A stretch of 63,573 nt of DNA, counting the filler, from Octopus bimaculoides (lineage: Eukaryota): assembly GCF_001194135.2 (NCBI RefSeq). It is 4 parts of 4 records of this genome, joined end to end, with 100 filler letters (N's around TTAATTAATTAA, not from the genome) between each part and the next. Parts side by side here need not be neighbours in the genome. Positions count along the whole stretch, not along the records: positions 1 to 31,664 come from NC_068988.1; 3 more parts are not named here. One strand, given 5' to 3'. The notes beneath the pieces are model-generated. The model saw nothing but the letters and a program-made list of their open reading frames with translations, did not search any database and was not told the origin of the DNA. A program made the position numbers and the translations under genes. Positions 12,125-24,950 of the stretch are shown here, in pieces (the first letter of the stretch is position 1; each line of letters begins with the position of its first letter).

Positions 12125-12860
12125 AGAAGAAATGCCGCATAGCATTTCGTCCGACGAGTGGCGATTCTGCTAGCTTGCCACCTTATCATTATAAATAAAG
12201 AAGTTTCAAGACATTCTTGTGTATTAAATTCCATGGTTTGTCGAGCTCCATGCAGAGGATGTTGATAATAGATAAACCGCCAGACTGTAAAACGCGTCCC
12301 TTCACAAAAAGTGAAAGACAAGTGGTNNNNNNNNNNNNNNNNNNNNNNNNNNNNNNNNNNNNNNNNNNNNNNNNNNNNNNNNNNNNNNNNNNNNNNNNNN
12401 NNNNNNNNNNNNNNNNNNNNNNNNNNNNNGGATTTAAATGACGGTGGTGACATATGCGTTCTCCTTTCACAGATAGCTTTCACTCACTCCATTTGTGTGA
12501 GACTGGCCACCTTGTTCATAACCTCATCGCAGTTCCTTCCAGACTAGTTGCCGGCCATGTCCCTAGTGAAGCATAGACACCAACAAGTCTGAAGGCATCG
12601 CCTTCGCTGTTGTACATATCTAAGAACATCGACTTACTGTCCGATTTTAGTAAAATCGTCAGTATCTCGAAATCCAGACCTTTTCGGAGTAACACTGCTA
12701 CTCCTTCTCCCGATCCAAGCCTGCCAAGAGATGTGTCTATCTCGTAACCGTTAGATATAAGAGCCAGTGTGAGCAAAATCTTGGTTTTGATGACTACTAC
12801 CACATCTATAAATAATCACCTAAAGTCATTCAGCCGGTGAGTTTGTTTCCAAAGTGAGCC
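12125..12860 (-). mobile_element. Tx1/L1-like LINE, apurinic endonuclease fragment (degenerate)
   Basis: ORF 12516-12803: ISNGYEIDTSLGRLGSGEGVAVLLRKGLDFEI..FRLVGVYA fits the APE GVAIL and RLVxVYAP motifs of Tx1-type ORF2. Confidence 0.7.
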
Positions 12861-14449
12861 CTGGTCGCATGCATTTATACACCCTGCATAGATTAAGGCC
12901 ATGCTGGTTGAAGAAAAGAGCAAAGGAGTTTACTCACCTTGATTTAGAAGGCCTGTTACTTTGGTCTTCTTGACATGTGAGTGGAGGTTTTCAATAAGCC
13001 CTTTTAAGAGTCTCTTATCTATCCTCTAACAGAAGTTTGCAGTATCACCCGCGAAGATAGTTTTTATACTTCTGTAAGAACCCTCTGTTGGATGAGAGAG
13101 TTTATATAGTTGTGTTATTTCGAGGTGGTTGAAACTCCACCTGCTTCTGTTGTATTTGGTATACATATATTCTCTGTTCCATGTACTCCATTCTTACATC
13201 ATTGTTTTAGATAACAACGGTGGAGTTATTGGTTAGGGTTTTGTGTGCGTTTGGTTATTGTTTCTGTGCATACATTCCTGTTTTTTTTGTTTTTTTTTTA
13301 ATATGGTTGGAGTTGTTGGTTGTGTGGATGTGTGACTGTTTGTCGGGTTCTGAGTCACTTCATCCAATGTGTTGGATTTTCTTCATGAATTACCCTTTTT
13401 TTCATACTATTTTTTCCTTCCAACTAGGTCCCATCTGGTAAGCCTTTCGACTTGATCCTGCCGCACGATTTCGTCTAGTAGAAGAAATCTACGGCAAAAT
13501 GGAAAAAAATATGTCTGTGAAAATTTGTCTGTGTGTATGTTTATAGCCTTGGAATTGTTGTGGGGAGGGGTTTTTTAAGGTTATGGTGGCGTTAATGTTT
13601 TGTCTAGACACATGAAAAATAAAGAATACAACTGAAGATTATATAAATGTTTGCAATCAGTTGCAGGCTGCAGATGATCGTCAAACATATTAAACAACTT
13701 GGAAAAAAACTTGAAATTTTCAACTATTTCGCCAGACATTCAGTTTTGAATCAAGTGCCATTGGTGTTTGTTTTGTTGTTATGGCGTTATGCTTGGTTTG
13801 CTTGTATGTTAATCATTTATTGATAATACTTCAAATTATTTTAATAAAATTTATTCTTTGCCTAGAATTTGCTGTCAATTCATATTATGTTTGGATTTTG
13901 TTATTCTTGCTATTACTGTTTTTGTTGTCAAGGTCATTTCCATCGGCTGGTAATTGTTGCTGTTTTGGTAGTTTAGAAGATTGGAAAAAGAAAAAAACAT
14001 TTTTCTACTTCTTTTCTGTTGCTTGAATTCTAGTGACCACAGTGTACGTCTTCTTTGGATTGGCATTTGAATATATTTGCATTATAAAGCACAGCTATCT
14101 AAGTCTAAGTCTGTAAAGGTACTTGGCTACCACTTCAGATTACCACCTGTCACTGATATTCAGCCTTGTCCATCTACGGTCCAGACACTACACGTTCACA
14201 TCCCGCTTCAACGAGCTGTAAACAAGTGTTATAACTCATCGTTGTAAGCCGTAGAAGTAGCACTGTAAAATCACGAGTGTTTCGTTAGCTTGCAATGCTG
14301 AGTTCTAACTCCTCTCATGAGTTACAGCTTGAATGCAGGGATAAACTTAGGCATTTTTTCTAAATACTTTAAATCGAGATGACCTTAATCAGTGCGGGAG
14401 TTTTTATCATTTATTTTCTCTTTCCACATAAATCCTAATTAGCTAAGAT

Positions 14450-15170
14450 GAGGAAGAGAAGCATCCATGCTTTTCTTAGGACCCTCACAGCTGACAGAGG
14501 AAGTTACTCTCGTACCTAAGACCTAGCCTGAATGCTTGAAAATTAGATGATTTCTCTGAAGGTACACAAGAAACTTGTAGTAAGCTTTGAATGTGCTGCA
14601 GAAAGCGATCGGTAAGAGTGTCTGGCTATTTCCTTAGTATAGAAAGCGCTGCTAAGTTTGCAAAAAATATATATGCCTTGCCAACCTGTTGCCATCAACT
14701 TCAACGCAACAAGCCATTCATTACTCATTATCAGTTGCGGCATCTCCGCACACCTTGGTTCCACATACTCAAACAAACAATGATTAACGTTTCATATTCG
14801 AACTTAGTACCATGTCACCGACAAGTTTAAATGAACGACATTCCTTTTACTCCTCCATTTACCCTTAGTTGAGCAATCTCTTTTTTATTCCTCAACTTCC
14901 TTCTCACTTTCACCTTTTCTCATTTATTCTCATTTCCTTTCCCTGTTCTCCTACCTTTTTCACCAAGTTACTCCCTATTCCTATTTTCTGTCTCCGTATG
15001 AAGTTCATATGGTCTTGCATTCCTCATCAGTTGCAGCCAGTTTTTCACACACGTGCAACGCAAAACTCGCCTGTCTTTGTCTAATTTCACTGCTATTAAC
15101 TTTTCCCTAAAGATGAACTCCATCCGAAGCGTTAGATTTCCCAAAACCCACGGCAATTTCACTGTACATC
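14450..15170 (-). mobile_element. Highly degenerate Tx1-like ORF2 C-terminal fragment
   Basis: Loose peptide similarity (PQL..W..W..C..YRSL; EKLIAVKLDKDRRVL..NW) to the 17300-18220 copy. Confidence 0.35.
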
Positions 15171-15216
15171 TTTTGTCGATCTTACTAAATCATACATACA
15201 TTTATGCATATATACA

Positions 15217-15368
15217 GGAGTGGCTGTGTGGTAAGTAGTTTGCTTACTAACCATATGGTTCCGAGTTCAGTCCCACTATGTGACACCTTGGGCAAGTGTC
15301 TTTTCGGGCCGACCAAAGCCTTGTGAGTGGATTTGGTAGACGGAAACTGATAGAAGCACATTGTATAT

Positions 15369-15426
<58 letters not shown>

Positions 15427-15625
15427 CGTGTGTCCACTATCGTTTGACAACCGATGTTGGTGCTTACGTCCCCGTAACTTAGCGGTTCGGCAAAAGGAGG
15501 CCGATAGAATAAGTACTAGGCTTACAAAGAATAAGTCCTGGGATCGATTTTTTACAACTAAAGACGGTGCTCCAGCATGGCCTCAGTCAAATGACTGAAA
15601 TAAATGAAAGAATAATAGAATAAAA
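15217..15625 (+). mobile_element. SINE family B, full length, internal (GT)n
   Basis: Head, microsatellite and tail all present. Confidence 0.9.
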
Positions 15626-15759
15626 GAATGAATATAATCATGCATATCTGGTCACTCGGATTCCTCTTATAGCTACTCTTTACTACGCAGACTTGGTCCT
15701 CTGTAAAGATTTCGGAGTGTAAGATGAAATCATTTGAGTGCTACTAAGTGTCTTCTATG

Positions 15760-16070
15760 TGGAGGCGCAATGGCCCAGTGGTTAGGGCAGCGGACTTGCG
15801 GTCGGAGGATCGCGGTTTCGATTCCCAGACCGGGCGTTGTGAGTGTTTATTGAGCGAAAACACCTAAAGCTCCACGAGGCTCCGGCATGGAGTGGTGGCG
15901 ACCCCTGTTGTACTCTTTCGCCCCAAATTTATCTCACTCTTTCTTCCTGTTTCTTGAGTAACACTGCGATGGACTGGCGTCCCGTCAAGCTGGGGGGAAC
16001 ACATATGCCATAGAAACCGGGAAACCGGGCCCATGAGTCTAGCTAGGCTTTAAAAGGGCGCATAAGAAGA
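15760..16070 (+). mobile_element. SINE with family A head and a different 3' module
   Basis: GTGGAGGCGCAATGGCCCAGTGGTTAGGGC head; tail CTGCGATGGACTGGCGTCCCGTC..ATAGAAACCGGGAAACCGGGCCCATGAG differs from 11720-11900. Confidence 0.85.
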
Positions 16071-16485
16071 AGTGTCTTCTATATTGAGCATCTCTGGATC
16101 TCATCTGCTGACTCCATACATATATAGACTACATACATACATACATGCATGCATACATGCATACATACATACATGCATACATACATACATACATGCATAC
16201 ATACACACACACATACATATGTATATGCATATTCAAAATAACAGATGCGCACGCGCACACACAAACATATATGCACACACAATTATTCAGTCGATTTCAA
16301 GCTATACATCTCCGACTATACTTTTACTTATAAGACTTTTCCCCTCTATTAGTTTCTCGGATATTTTCTCGTTTAAATTTCCTTTTTCACACAACTGCGG
16401 ATAAGAAACAAAAAACATCCCATTCAACTGACCAGTACAATGTTCCTTCTTATTCAATTGGCCAGTGTAACTTTCTCTCTCTCTC

Positions 16486-16572
<87 letters not shown>

Positions 16573-16793
16573 CTCTCTCTCTCTCTCATCAAGAAAGCAA
16601 GTTATGTATTCTTTTTATCTTCAAATTTACATTTGGTTCTTCTTCAGGAAAAAGCAAAATGGCCGACATTATTCACTTTTTCCGTTTTGAAAAAGAAATG
16701 AAATTTTTTTTCCGTGGTATTCCTCCTCCTCTTCCTGCTCCCTCTTGTTCTGGTTTTATATGATTTGAAGCACCGACGCATTTTACATCAGTT

Positions 16794-16829
<36 letters not shown>

Positions 16830-16861
16830 TACTACTACTGCTACTACTACTACTACTTCTA

Positions 16862-16918
<57 letters not shown>

Positions 16919-16984
16919 CCATCACCATCACCACTACTTCTATTATTAATACTACTGTCATTCTGATTATTGTTATTATTATTA

Positions 16985-17067
<83 letters not shown>
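16794..17067. repeat. Compound trinucleotide array (ACT)n-(GCT)n-(ATT)n-(AGT)n
   Basis: Direct. Confidence 0.95.
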
Positions 17068-17068
<1 letters not shown>

Positions 17069-17299
17069 TAAAGGATGCTGTCGTGCCGCTTATTTTCATT
17101 ATAGCGCAATCATAAAATTCCATTTCTTGACACATTAGTATTTCTTAAATTTTTCTATTTCACAGCACTACACCAGATGTCATTGTCAATTACATTTTAA
17201 TGTCTATCTTTCTTCTAGAAAAAAAATATATATTCCCCAAGAACGACGCAATATATATCCGCAGAAGAAATTACTACACAAAAGACCATAGTTTTTACT

Positions 17300-18220
17300 C
17301 CAAAGCCCTTGTGGAAGGGACGCATTCCAATGGTCAGGCGGTCATTCTGCTGCCAGCATCCTCTGAGAGGTGAATTAGGCACACTGTGGCTCCTAATGCG
17401 TAGATACGCTCCTAGATTACGCCGCCTGCAACGATTTCTGGACAGTGATCGTGTGTGGGCTCCGTTTGTGAGATTCGTCTTTCCGCAGCTCGTCTCCTTG
17501 ACAGAACTGCAGTCCTGGAGGAAGAAAAGACCGAGACTAGGCGCCTAGCACCTAGAATGTCGTCAGGCGCTCACAACTCTCTACCAGTCGGACAATGAGA
17601 TCGGTGGACGTTCCGCTTTAGAAATTTATAGAGGATTAGTGGCGGAGAAGTGCGACAACGTTCTCGCGGAGACTTTGGGCACCGACGAGAACGAACCGGC
17701 TAGTCTGTTCCGGAGGACTTTCCGGTCGGAAACTCTCATAGATAATTTCCAGATGTCCTTGGCCTGGCAGTGCTACCGGTTCGAGATAAACTCTACAAGC
17801 ATGGATGTGCTGTCAGACGGACTTGTCCGTGGTGCGCGCAGACTGGCCGTCGTTCGGTGTCCGGGCATTGCTGACTTGTGGGGTTATGTTGAACAGCTGC
17901 TGTCAGGTATGGGACGGATCCGTCAGTCGGCCGAGTCTGTAGTGATGATCGCACCGCTGCCCTCCTTCAATCGAGCAGGCAAGGCAGTTTTCCTTTGCCT
18001 GGTGGCTGTGGCGAAAGAGGTTTTTGGTGGACATTCCTCTTTGGTAGAGGTCTCATTGAGTTTTTCAAGTTTCACTTGAAAAGNNNNNNNNNNNGGAAGT
18101 GCTGTCCTCGAGTGAGTTTATTGAAAGATGAGTGGAAGTTGCGAAAATGGCAAGAGCGGGTGGTACCTCTCTAAGTGTAGACCTTTGAGTTTAAAAAGGA
18201 TGTTGAGCAAAACACCCATG
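17300..18220 (+). mobile_element. Tx1/L1-like LINE ORF2 C-terminal region (degenerate)
   Basis: LAWQCYR..DKLYKHG..CPGIADLWGYVEQLLS..GKAVFLCLVAVAKEVF; after the gap EVLSSSEFIER, typical of the Tx1 ORF2 end. Confidence 0.75.
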
Positions 18221-18249
18221 TTTCCAAAGGTGAATTATTCAAACCCCAA

Positions 18250-18500
18250 AGAATTCGTCTCAACACATGGCTATGATGCTCCCCCACTACTTCTGCTCAT
18301 GATCAGAGATGCACATATCGTCAGCCACCGAGGGACATGCTCAACTGGTTAAGGTAAAACAACTGAGAAGCAAATCTGCGGTATTGAGCAGAATATTTGC
18401 TGTAGCCCATCTTTTTATACCAAGACAAAATAATGTACATGATAACACGTCCAATCAATTAAGATGAGAAGCCATGGGAGCCACTGCCTGGTACTGCATC
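18250..18500. repeat. Unclassified interspersed repeat
   Basis: Recognised from memory as a common octopod repeat (CAACACATGGCTATGATGCTCCCCCACTACTTCTG..); only one copy here. Confidence 0.4.
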
Positions 18501-18509
18501 CGTATCATT

Positions 18510-19865
18510 ATCATCATCATCATCATCATCATCATCTTGCCGAGTGTCTTCCTGACACCTAGGACTGGGGAACTGGGGAACATACTGTATACATTGGTAG
18601 GCCATTAAAATAAACACACCTCATCGTTCATTCACAAAGTCATGTGATAGAGAAAAAGGAAGACAGCGAGAAAAAGGGAAAAATAAAAAGTAAAAAAGTA
18701 AACAAATAAAATAAAGAGGAGGAAAAAAAGAAAAGAAAATTCACAGTGACACTGCTCTTCTCTATACGAGTTAAGACAATCTTTTTCACTTCCTGCATGG
18801 ATGAAAATAATTTTCAGTTCCCTTTTTTATCATTCCAAGTGCTCCTACAATCATTGATATTGTAACCGTCTTGAGATGCAACATCTTTTCGATTTTGATT
18901 AGCAAATCTTTATATTGTCTGAGTTTATCAAATTCCTTTGCCGAGATATTATTGTCACAGGGTATGTTCATATCAATCAATAAATAGACTTTATTATTTT
19001 TGTCTTTCACAAGAATATCTGGTTTATTTGCTTTGATGGTCCGGTTTGTACATACTGGGAAGTCCCAAAGAATAGTTACATTTTCTCCCTCAAATACAGC
19101 CTCATTTATCAGCAGTTTTGATTTTATAATGCCGGCACATTATCCAGTGTAGATATTAGCCAACTCTGTCATGTCTTCATTTGTGCTCTACAGGTGCTAA
19201 AGCCTTACATCCAGAGATTAGGTGGTCCATTGTTTCTATCCAATCGCTGCAGTATCGGCATTTTGGGTTCTACACCATTTTTCATCACATTAGCTTAACA
19301 GTTCCGGGTCAATAAGCTTAGGCAGCCAAAATAAAGCCTTCACTCTCTGTCTTTAGCCCTGAGCTCTATAGCCACTGATGGGTGTTCTTCTGGTCTACAT
19401 CAGCTTGTTTGCTACGGGCCACATATTTACCATGCAGAGATTTTGTTCCCACCTATCCGCCAATCGTTCAAACGCATTTTGCTTTGCTATTAATTTCATC
19501 TTCTTTGCAACTACAGTTGCTGCACTTCCATCAATGCTGTTCAACCTAGGAATTATGCATTAAGCCACTTGAAAATTGTTTGATCTCCATAACAGAATGA
19601 ATCTTCTTGCGTCATTAATGGTTTTCAACGAGCTTTAGCATCCAGTCGTTAGATGTTTCAAGATATTTTGCCAGTCCAATTGTGGTGGTTTTGCAGATTT
19701 CAGATTGGAACAAGCCTCGACCTCCTTGAGCACTGGGTAGGTAAAGACGATCTGCGTCTACATTTGGGTGGTGCATCTTATCGCAAGTCAGCAGCTTATA
19801 GATTTTCCTATCAATCTTCCTTATTTCGCTCATATTCCAGTTCAATACATTGAAACTGAAATAGC
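18510..19865 (-). mobile_element. R4/Dong-clade RLE LINE, 5'-truncated and degenerate
   Basis: LNWNMSEIRKIDRKIYKLLTCDKMHHPNVDADRLYLPSAQGGRGL (post-RT motif); ILWDFPVCTNRTIKANKPDILVKDK..LLIDMNIPCDNNISAKEFDKL..IVGALG (restriction-like endonuclease); (GAT)n tail near 18510-18535. Confidence 0.8.
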
Positions 19866-19899
19866 AATTATTATTATTAAATAACATTATTATCATTGC

Positions 19900-20155
19900 C
19901 TTTGCACAGCTTCTAACGCTGGAAATGTACTACGATGTTAGCTGTTCACTACCAGTGAACTAAGGTAACACCTCTTATTTTTCGAGCACCTTCCGGAGTA
20001 TACGAGCAGTTCCAGGCAGTGCTGTTTTCTGCAAGTGCTCCACCCTTATTGCAGCCCCTATTTGTTCCATGTACTTCTCAAGATTTTTGCTTACTACTCC
20101 CAGGGCTCCGACAATTATTGGTACTACTACCACGTTTTTCATCGACCACAACTGC

Positions 20156-20156
<1 letters not shown>
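19900..20156 (-). mobile_element. Short 3' fragment of a second Dong-like RLE LINE embedded in (TAA)n
   Basis: KQLWSMKNVVVVPIIVGALGVVSKNLEKYMEQIG..LQKTALLGTARILRKVLE; (TAA)n at 20156-20270 on the 5' side and at 19865-19895 on the 3' side. Confidence 0.85.
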
Positions 20157-20225
<69 letters not shown>

Positions 20226-20599
20226 CATTATTATTATTATTATTATTATCATTATCACCATTATTGTTATCATTTTTTATTGTTCTTGTTGTTGTTGCTG
20301 ATATCGTTGTTGTTATTGTGACTAATATTGTTGTTTTTGTTGTTTATTACCGTAGCTGAAGACATTTTAGAAACTCAGTAGGTTTGTGACATGTTTTCCT
20401 TTCCAGAAGGTTATAGTTGTTAATTTTACAGTTTTATCTTGTCGTTAAGCAGACCAGGACAGTAAGAGATTGACCGGGTCCGTTTTTTATTCGCTACATG
20501 GGAAAAAGTTTTAAACGAACAAGTTTTTAAATCAGAACAAAATTCTCAAAACTACTTCCATGCTTTCATCTTTGCTGGGCTATTGCTGGTGTTGTGCGT

Positions 20600-21130
20600 G
20601 TTGCTGTTATTGCAGCTGTCACTTTTCCCTATTCGGCGCACACGGTCTTACCTCAGAATAGACAATGTGAATGCAGACAGTCACTGAAATACCAGAAGCG
20701 GTGGCTAGCTGCGCGTAATGGTCTAATCAAGTACAGCTCCGACATTTTCGGCAAATGCAAACACATGGACAAATTTGTTTTGTCGAACTGGAGGACACTA
20801 CCCTCTCCAGACTAAGCAGCTGTCTCGCAGACTTTGAACTCCTCGCGTTGAATAATTCTACACCAGCTAGATTAATTCTGAATTCAACAGTCAAAGGGGA
20901 TGTAAATCTAATGTTCTTTCTTTTCTTTTCTTTCTTTTTTCCGTTCTCACTCACCTTGTGCCTTCACATTCCAATCTTTACATAAACCTTCTCGTGTACT
21001 TTTTCCGTGGTTTTTCAAGTGCCAGCGTCTTGGTTTTCAAATAGAATTAACCATATGCCCTGATTCTGAAGATGGCTTGGAGACACAAAGCACGCTAAAT
21101 AAATCTGCGTAATTACAGTGTCGCCATGGC
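20600..21130 (+). mobile_element. Degenerate Penelope-like 3' end; related copy at 25780-26200
   Basis: Peptide ..DIFGKCKHMDKFVL resembles Penelope GIY-YIG C-termini; decayed CTGAAGATGGCT core at about 21076; shared ACTGGAGGACACTACCCTCTCC and GGTTTTCAAATA motifs with 25860-26150. Confidence 0.45.
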
Positions 21131-21265
21131 AAGCAACTATAAGTAATTCTTATTTTAATATTGTGCACATTAAATGATATTTATCTGTCACTGACTTGAT
21201 AGAGCACTTTGATTTGTTGATTATACTTTAAGGGAACAGTAAATAATATATATATGTATATCTAC

Positions 21266-21313
<48 letters not shown>

Positions 21314-21794
21314 TTATCTATCTACCTATCTATATATATGTGTGTGTGTGTGTGTGTGGTTTGTGTGTGTGTATGTATGTGTGTATGTATNNNNNNNNNN
21401 NNNNNNNNNNNNNNNNNNNNNNNNNNNNNNNNNNNNNNNNNNNNNNNNNNNNNNNNNNNNNNNNNNNNNNNNNNNNNNNNNNNNNNNNNNNNNNNNNNNN
21501 NNNNNNNNNNNNNNNNNNNNNNNNNNNNNNNNNNNNNNNNNNNNNNNNNNNNNNNNNNNNNNNNNNNNNNNNNNNNNNNNNNNNNNNNNNNNNNNNNNNN
21601 NNNNNNNNNNNNNNNNNNNNNNNNNNNNNNNNNNNNNNNNNNNNNNNNNNNNNNNNNNNNNNNNNNNNNNNNNNNTGAAAATTATGAAAATGAAATCGTT
21701 TACACGCACATGGTATGAAAACGTTCTTGCAAATTGTTCGTGTCGTTCTATCTTTGTAAGGTCTTTGTAAATAATAATTAAGAAAATATGTCTT

Positions 21795-21833
<39 letters not shown>

Positions 21834-22008
21834 TATTTAAAAATATATATATGTATGCATATTTATATACACACACATATCTATGTGTGTATATACATAT
21901 ATATACAGTCAATTAAAAAAAACACAGAAAAAAAGAAAAAAACAAACGACCGCAGAGACGTCGCTTAAGTAATGTTTTAGTTTGACGCTCAGAGAAAGAG
22001 GAGAGTGG

Positions 22009-22047
22009 TTGTTTTACGTTTCGGACATAGTTCTTCTTCGGAAACAA
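22009..22047 (-). ncRNA. Minimal type I hammerhead ribozyme motif (2 deviations from consensus)
   Basis: TTGTTT-CCGAAGA-A-GAAC(TAT)GTCC-GAAA-CG-TA-AAACAA: 6-bp stem I, stem II with one mismatch, zero-loop stem III, GUA site; core U4 is C. Confidence 0.7.
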
Positions 22048-22631
22048 GAAGAACAGGGAAGTCCAAAGGGAAAGAAGGAAGGAGGAGGAAATAATCGCCA
22101 ACAGTCCACGTGGGGTTATATTTCTGGAGTGACCAGCAGTAGAAGGAGGAGGAGGAGAAAGTACTTTCTGGGACAGAAGAGTGTGAAGATGGTCGGTGTG
22201 TGCGTGTGTGTGTGTTTATGTGCGGTATGTGTGGTAGCCTATGTGTGTGGTAGCCTCTATGTGTGTGTGTGTACGCCCGATAGCGTGTGTATGTATGGTA
22301 GCATGTGTGTATGGCAGTAACTGCACGCACGCGCGTGCGTGTGTGGTGGTAATTGTGAGTGTGTGGGGAGGGTGTAGAAGCGTGTGTGTGGTATTAACTG
22401 TATGTGTGTGTTTGTGTTAACTGTAAGTGTTTGTGTGTGTGTGTTTAGGGAGATTCTTTCTTTTATTTAATTGATGGGGTTACTCGTCTTTCCATTTCTC
22501 TTTCCAATCTCCATCTATATTCTGAAGAACAACCCTATCTGAAACGTCGTAATTAAATCCTTCCACTTCTCTGAACATCAAACTATTAATATTTTTCATA
22601 AATCTATCCCGAGTTGTTTACATTTCCCTCG

Positions 22632-22686
<55 letters not shown>

Positions 22687-23620
22687 NNNNNNNNNNNNNN
22701 NNNNNNNNNNNNNNNNNNNNNNNNNNNNNNNNNNNNNNNNNNNNNNNNNNNNNNNNNNNNNNNNNNNNNNNNNNNNNNNNNNNNNNNNNNNNNNNNNNNN
22801 NNNNNNNNNNNNNNNNNNNNNNNNNNNNNNNNNNNNNNNNNNNNNNNNNNNNNNNNNNNNNNNNNNNNNNNNNNNNNNNNNNNNNNNNNNNNNNNNNNNN
22901 NNNNNNNNNNNNNNNNNNNNNNNNNNNNNNNNNNNNNNNNNNNNNNNNNNNNNNNNNNNNNNNNNNNNNNNNNNNNNNNNNNNNNNNNNNNNNNNNNNNN
23001 NNNNNNNNNNNNNNNNNNNNNNNNNNNNNNNNNNNNNNNNNNNNNNNNNNNNNNNNNNNNNNNNNNNNNNNNNNNNNNNNNNNNNNNNNNNNNNNNNNNN
23101 NNNNNNNNNNNNNNNNNNNNNNNNNNNNNNNNNNNNNNNNNNNNNNNNNNNNNNNNNNNNNNNNNNNNNNNNNNNNNNNNNNNNNNNNNNNNNNNNNNNN
23201 NNNNNNNNNNNNNNNNNNNNNNNNNNNNNNNNNNNNNNNNNNNNNNNNNNNNNNNNNNNNNNNNNNNNNNNNNNNNNNNNNNNNNNNNNNNNNNNNNNNN
23301 NNNNNNNNNNNNNNNNNNNNNNNNNNNNNNNNNNNNNNNNNNNNNNNNNNNNNNNNNNNNNNNNNNNNNNNNNNNNNNNNNNNNNNNNNNNNNNNNNNNN
23401 NNNNNNNNNNNNNNNNNNNNNNNNNNNNNNNNNNNNNNNNNNNNNNNNNNNNNNNNNNNNNNNNNNNNNNNNNNNNNNNNNGGATACAGACAAGCAGACA
23501 GGCAGACAAGCAAACAGACAGAGCGTGTGTGTTTGCGTATGTGTGTCAATATATTCCTTTTGTGCGTACGTGTGTGTATATTTGTGCTTCATTCTCCAGT
23601 TATGTATGTTTGTGCTGTTA

Positions 23621-23656
<36 letters not shown>

Positions 23657-24207
23657 GCATCTATGAGCGTTGAATTTCATTGTGTTCGTGTTTGTGTGTG
23701 TGCACGCGAACATGTATCTTTATATACAGTTGTCAGTATGTGTTTGTGTTTGCCCTTTCGTCACTGGTGAACTACATGTATATATACACCACATGTATTC
23801 CCTTGCATGTGCGTATTTGTTTAAATGCGCAGAAGACAGAGAAAACAGCATTTTCATGCATACAGGCATAAATCCTTATACATGCATGCATAAACCTAGT
23901 GTATGTTTGTGTATTCAAGTCTATTATTTGTCATATATTCTCATAATTATTTATCAATTCGTCTGTGTATTTGTGTATTCAAGCATATCTTATATATTAA
24001 TGCGTATATGCTATACCTGCCCGTTTATTTGGTGGCTGACATTTTCGAGAGAGTATATATTTAAGATTCAACAGGTATCCTGCTGATAAAACTTCATTTA
24101 ATATCTTTGATATTTTGCAATAAGAAAAGATTTACGGACGTAAATGAAATGAATTGAAAAATCGCATTTAATTTCATGCAAAAACCTAATAAATAATTTG
24201 TAATGAT

Positions 24208-24455
24208 TGCCTGGAAGGAAGCTTGCTTCCAAGCCACACAGTCACGGGTTCAGTGCCACTGCGTGGCACCTTCGGCAAGTGTCTTCTACTATAGTCTCGA
24301 GCCAACCAAAGCATTGTGAGTGAATTTGGTTGATGGAAACTGAAAGAAGCCCGTCATATATAAATGTGTGTGTGTGCGTATGTGTGTGTGTTTGCCCTCA
24401 TCATCACTTGACAACCGGTGGTGGTGTGTTTACGTCCCCGTAACCTAGCGGTTCT
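24208..24455 (+). mobile_element. SINE family B, 3'-truncated
   Basis: Head and part of tail match family B. Confidence 0.85.
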
Positions 24456-24739
24456 GATACCATGAAACATTAACACTTCATTACAAATCCTCAAACTCCG
24501 TTCTTTATCATATAACATTAGTAATATTATGTCACTTAATGTTCCTCTCTTTTAGGTTTTGATTACTCGTGTTACTTAGATATATTCCAATCATACGTCC
24601 CTATTTTATCATGTTTTACTGTATCGTATCATTCATTATTGTAATAGTAAATATTTAATCAGCCTCCTATTTCTATTTTATCATCTGTTCATTTATATCA
24701 GGTGTTCAAGTATTCAGGTGTCCAAGTATTCATCTACTT

Positions 24740-24917
24740 CTGGCTGTGTGGTAAGTAGCTTGCTTACCAGCCACATGGTTCTGGGTTCAGTCCCACTGCG
24801 TGGCACCTTGGGCAAGTGTCTTCTACTATAGCCTCGGGCCGACCAAAGCCTTGTGAGTGGATTTGGTAGACGAAAACTGAAAGAAGCCCGTCGTATATAT
24901 GTATATATGTATATATA

Positions 24918-24950
<33 letters not shown>

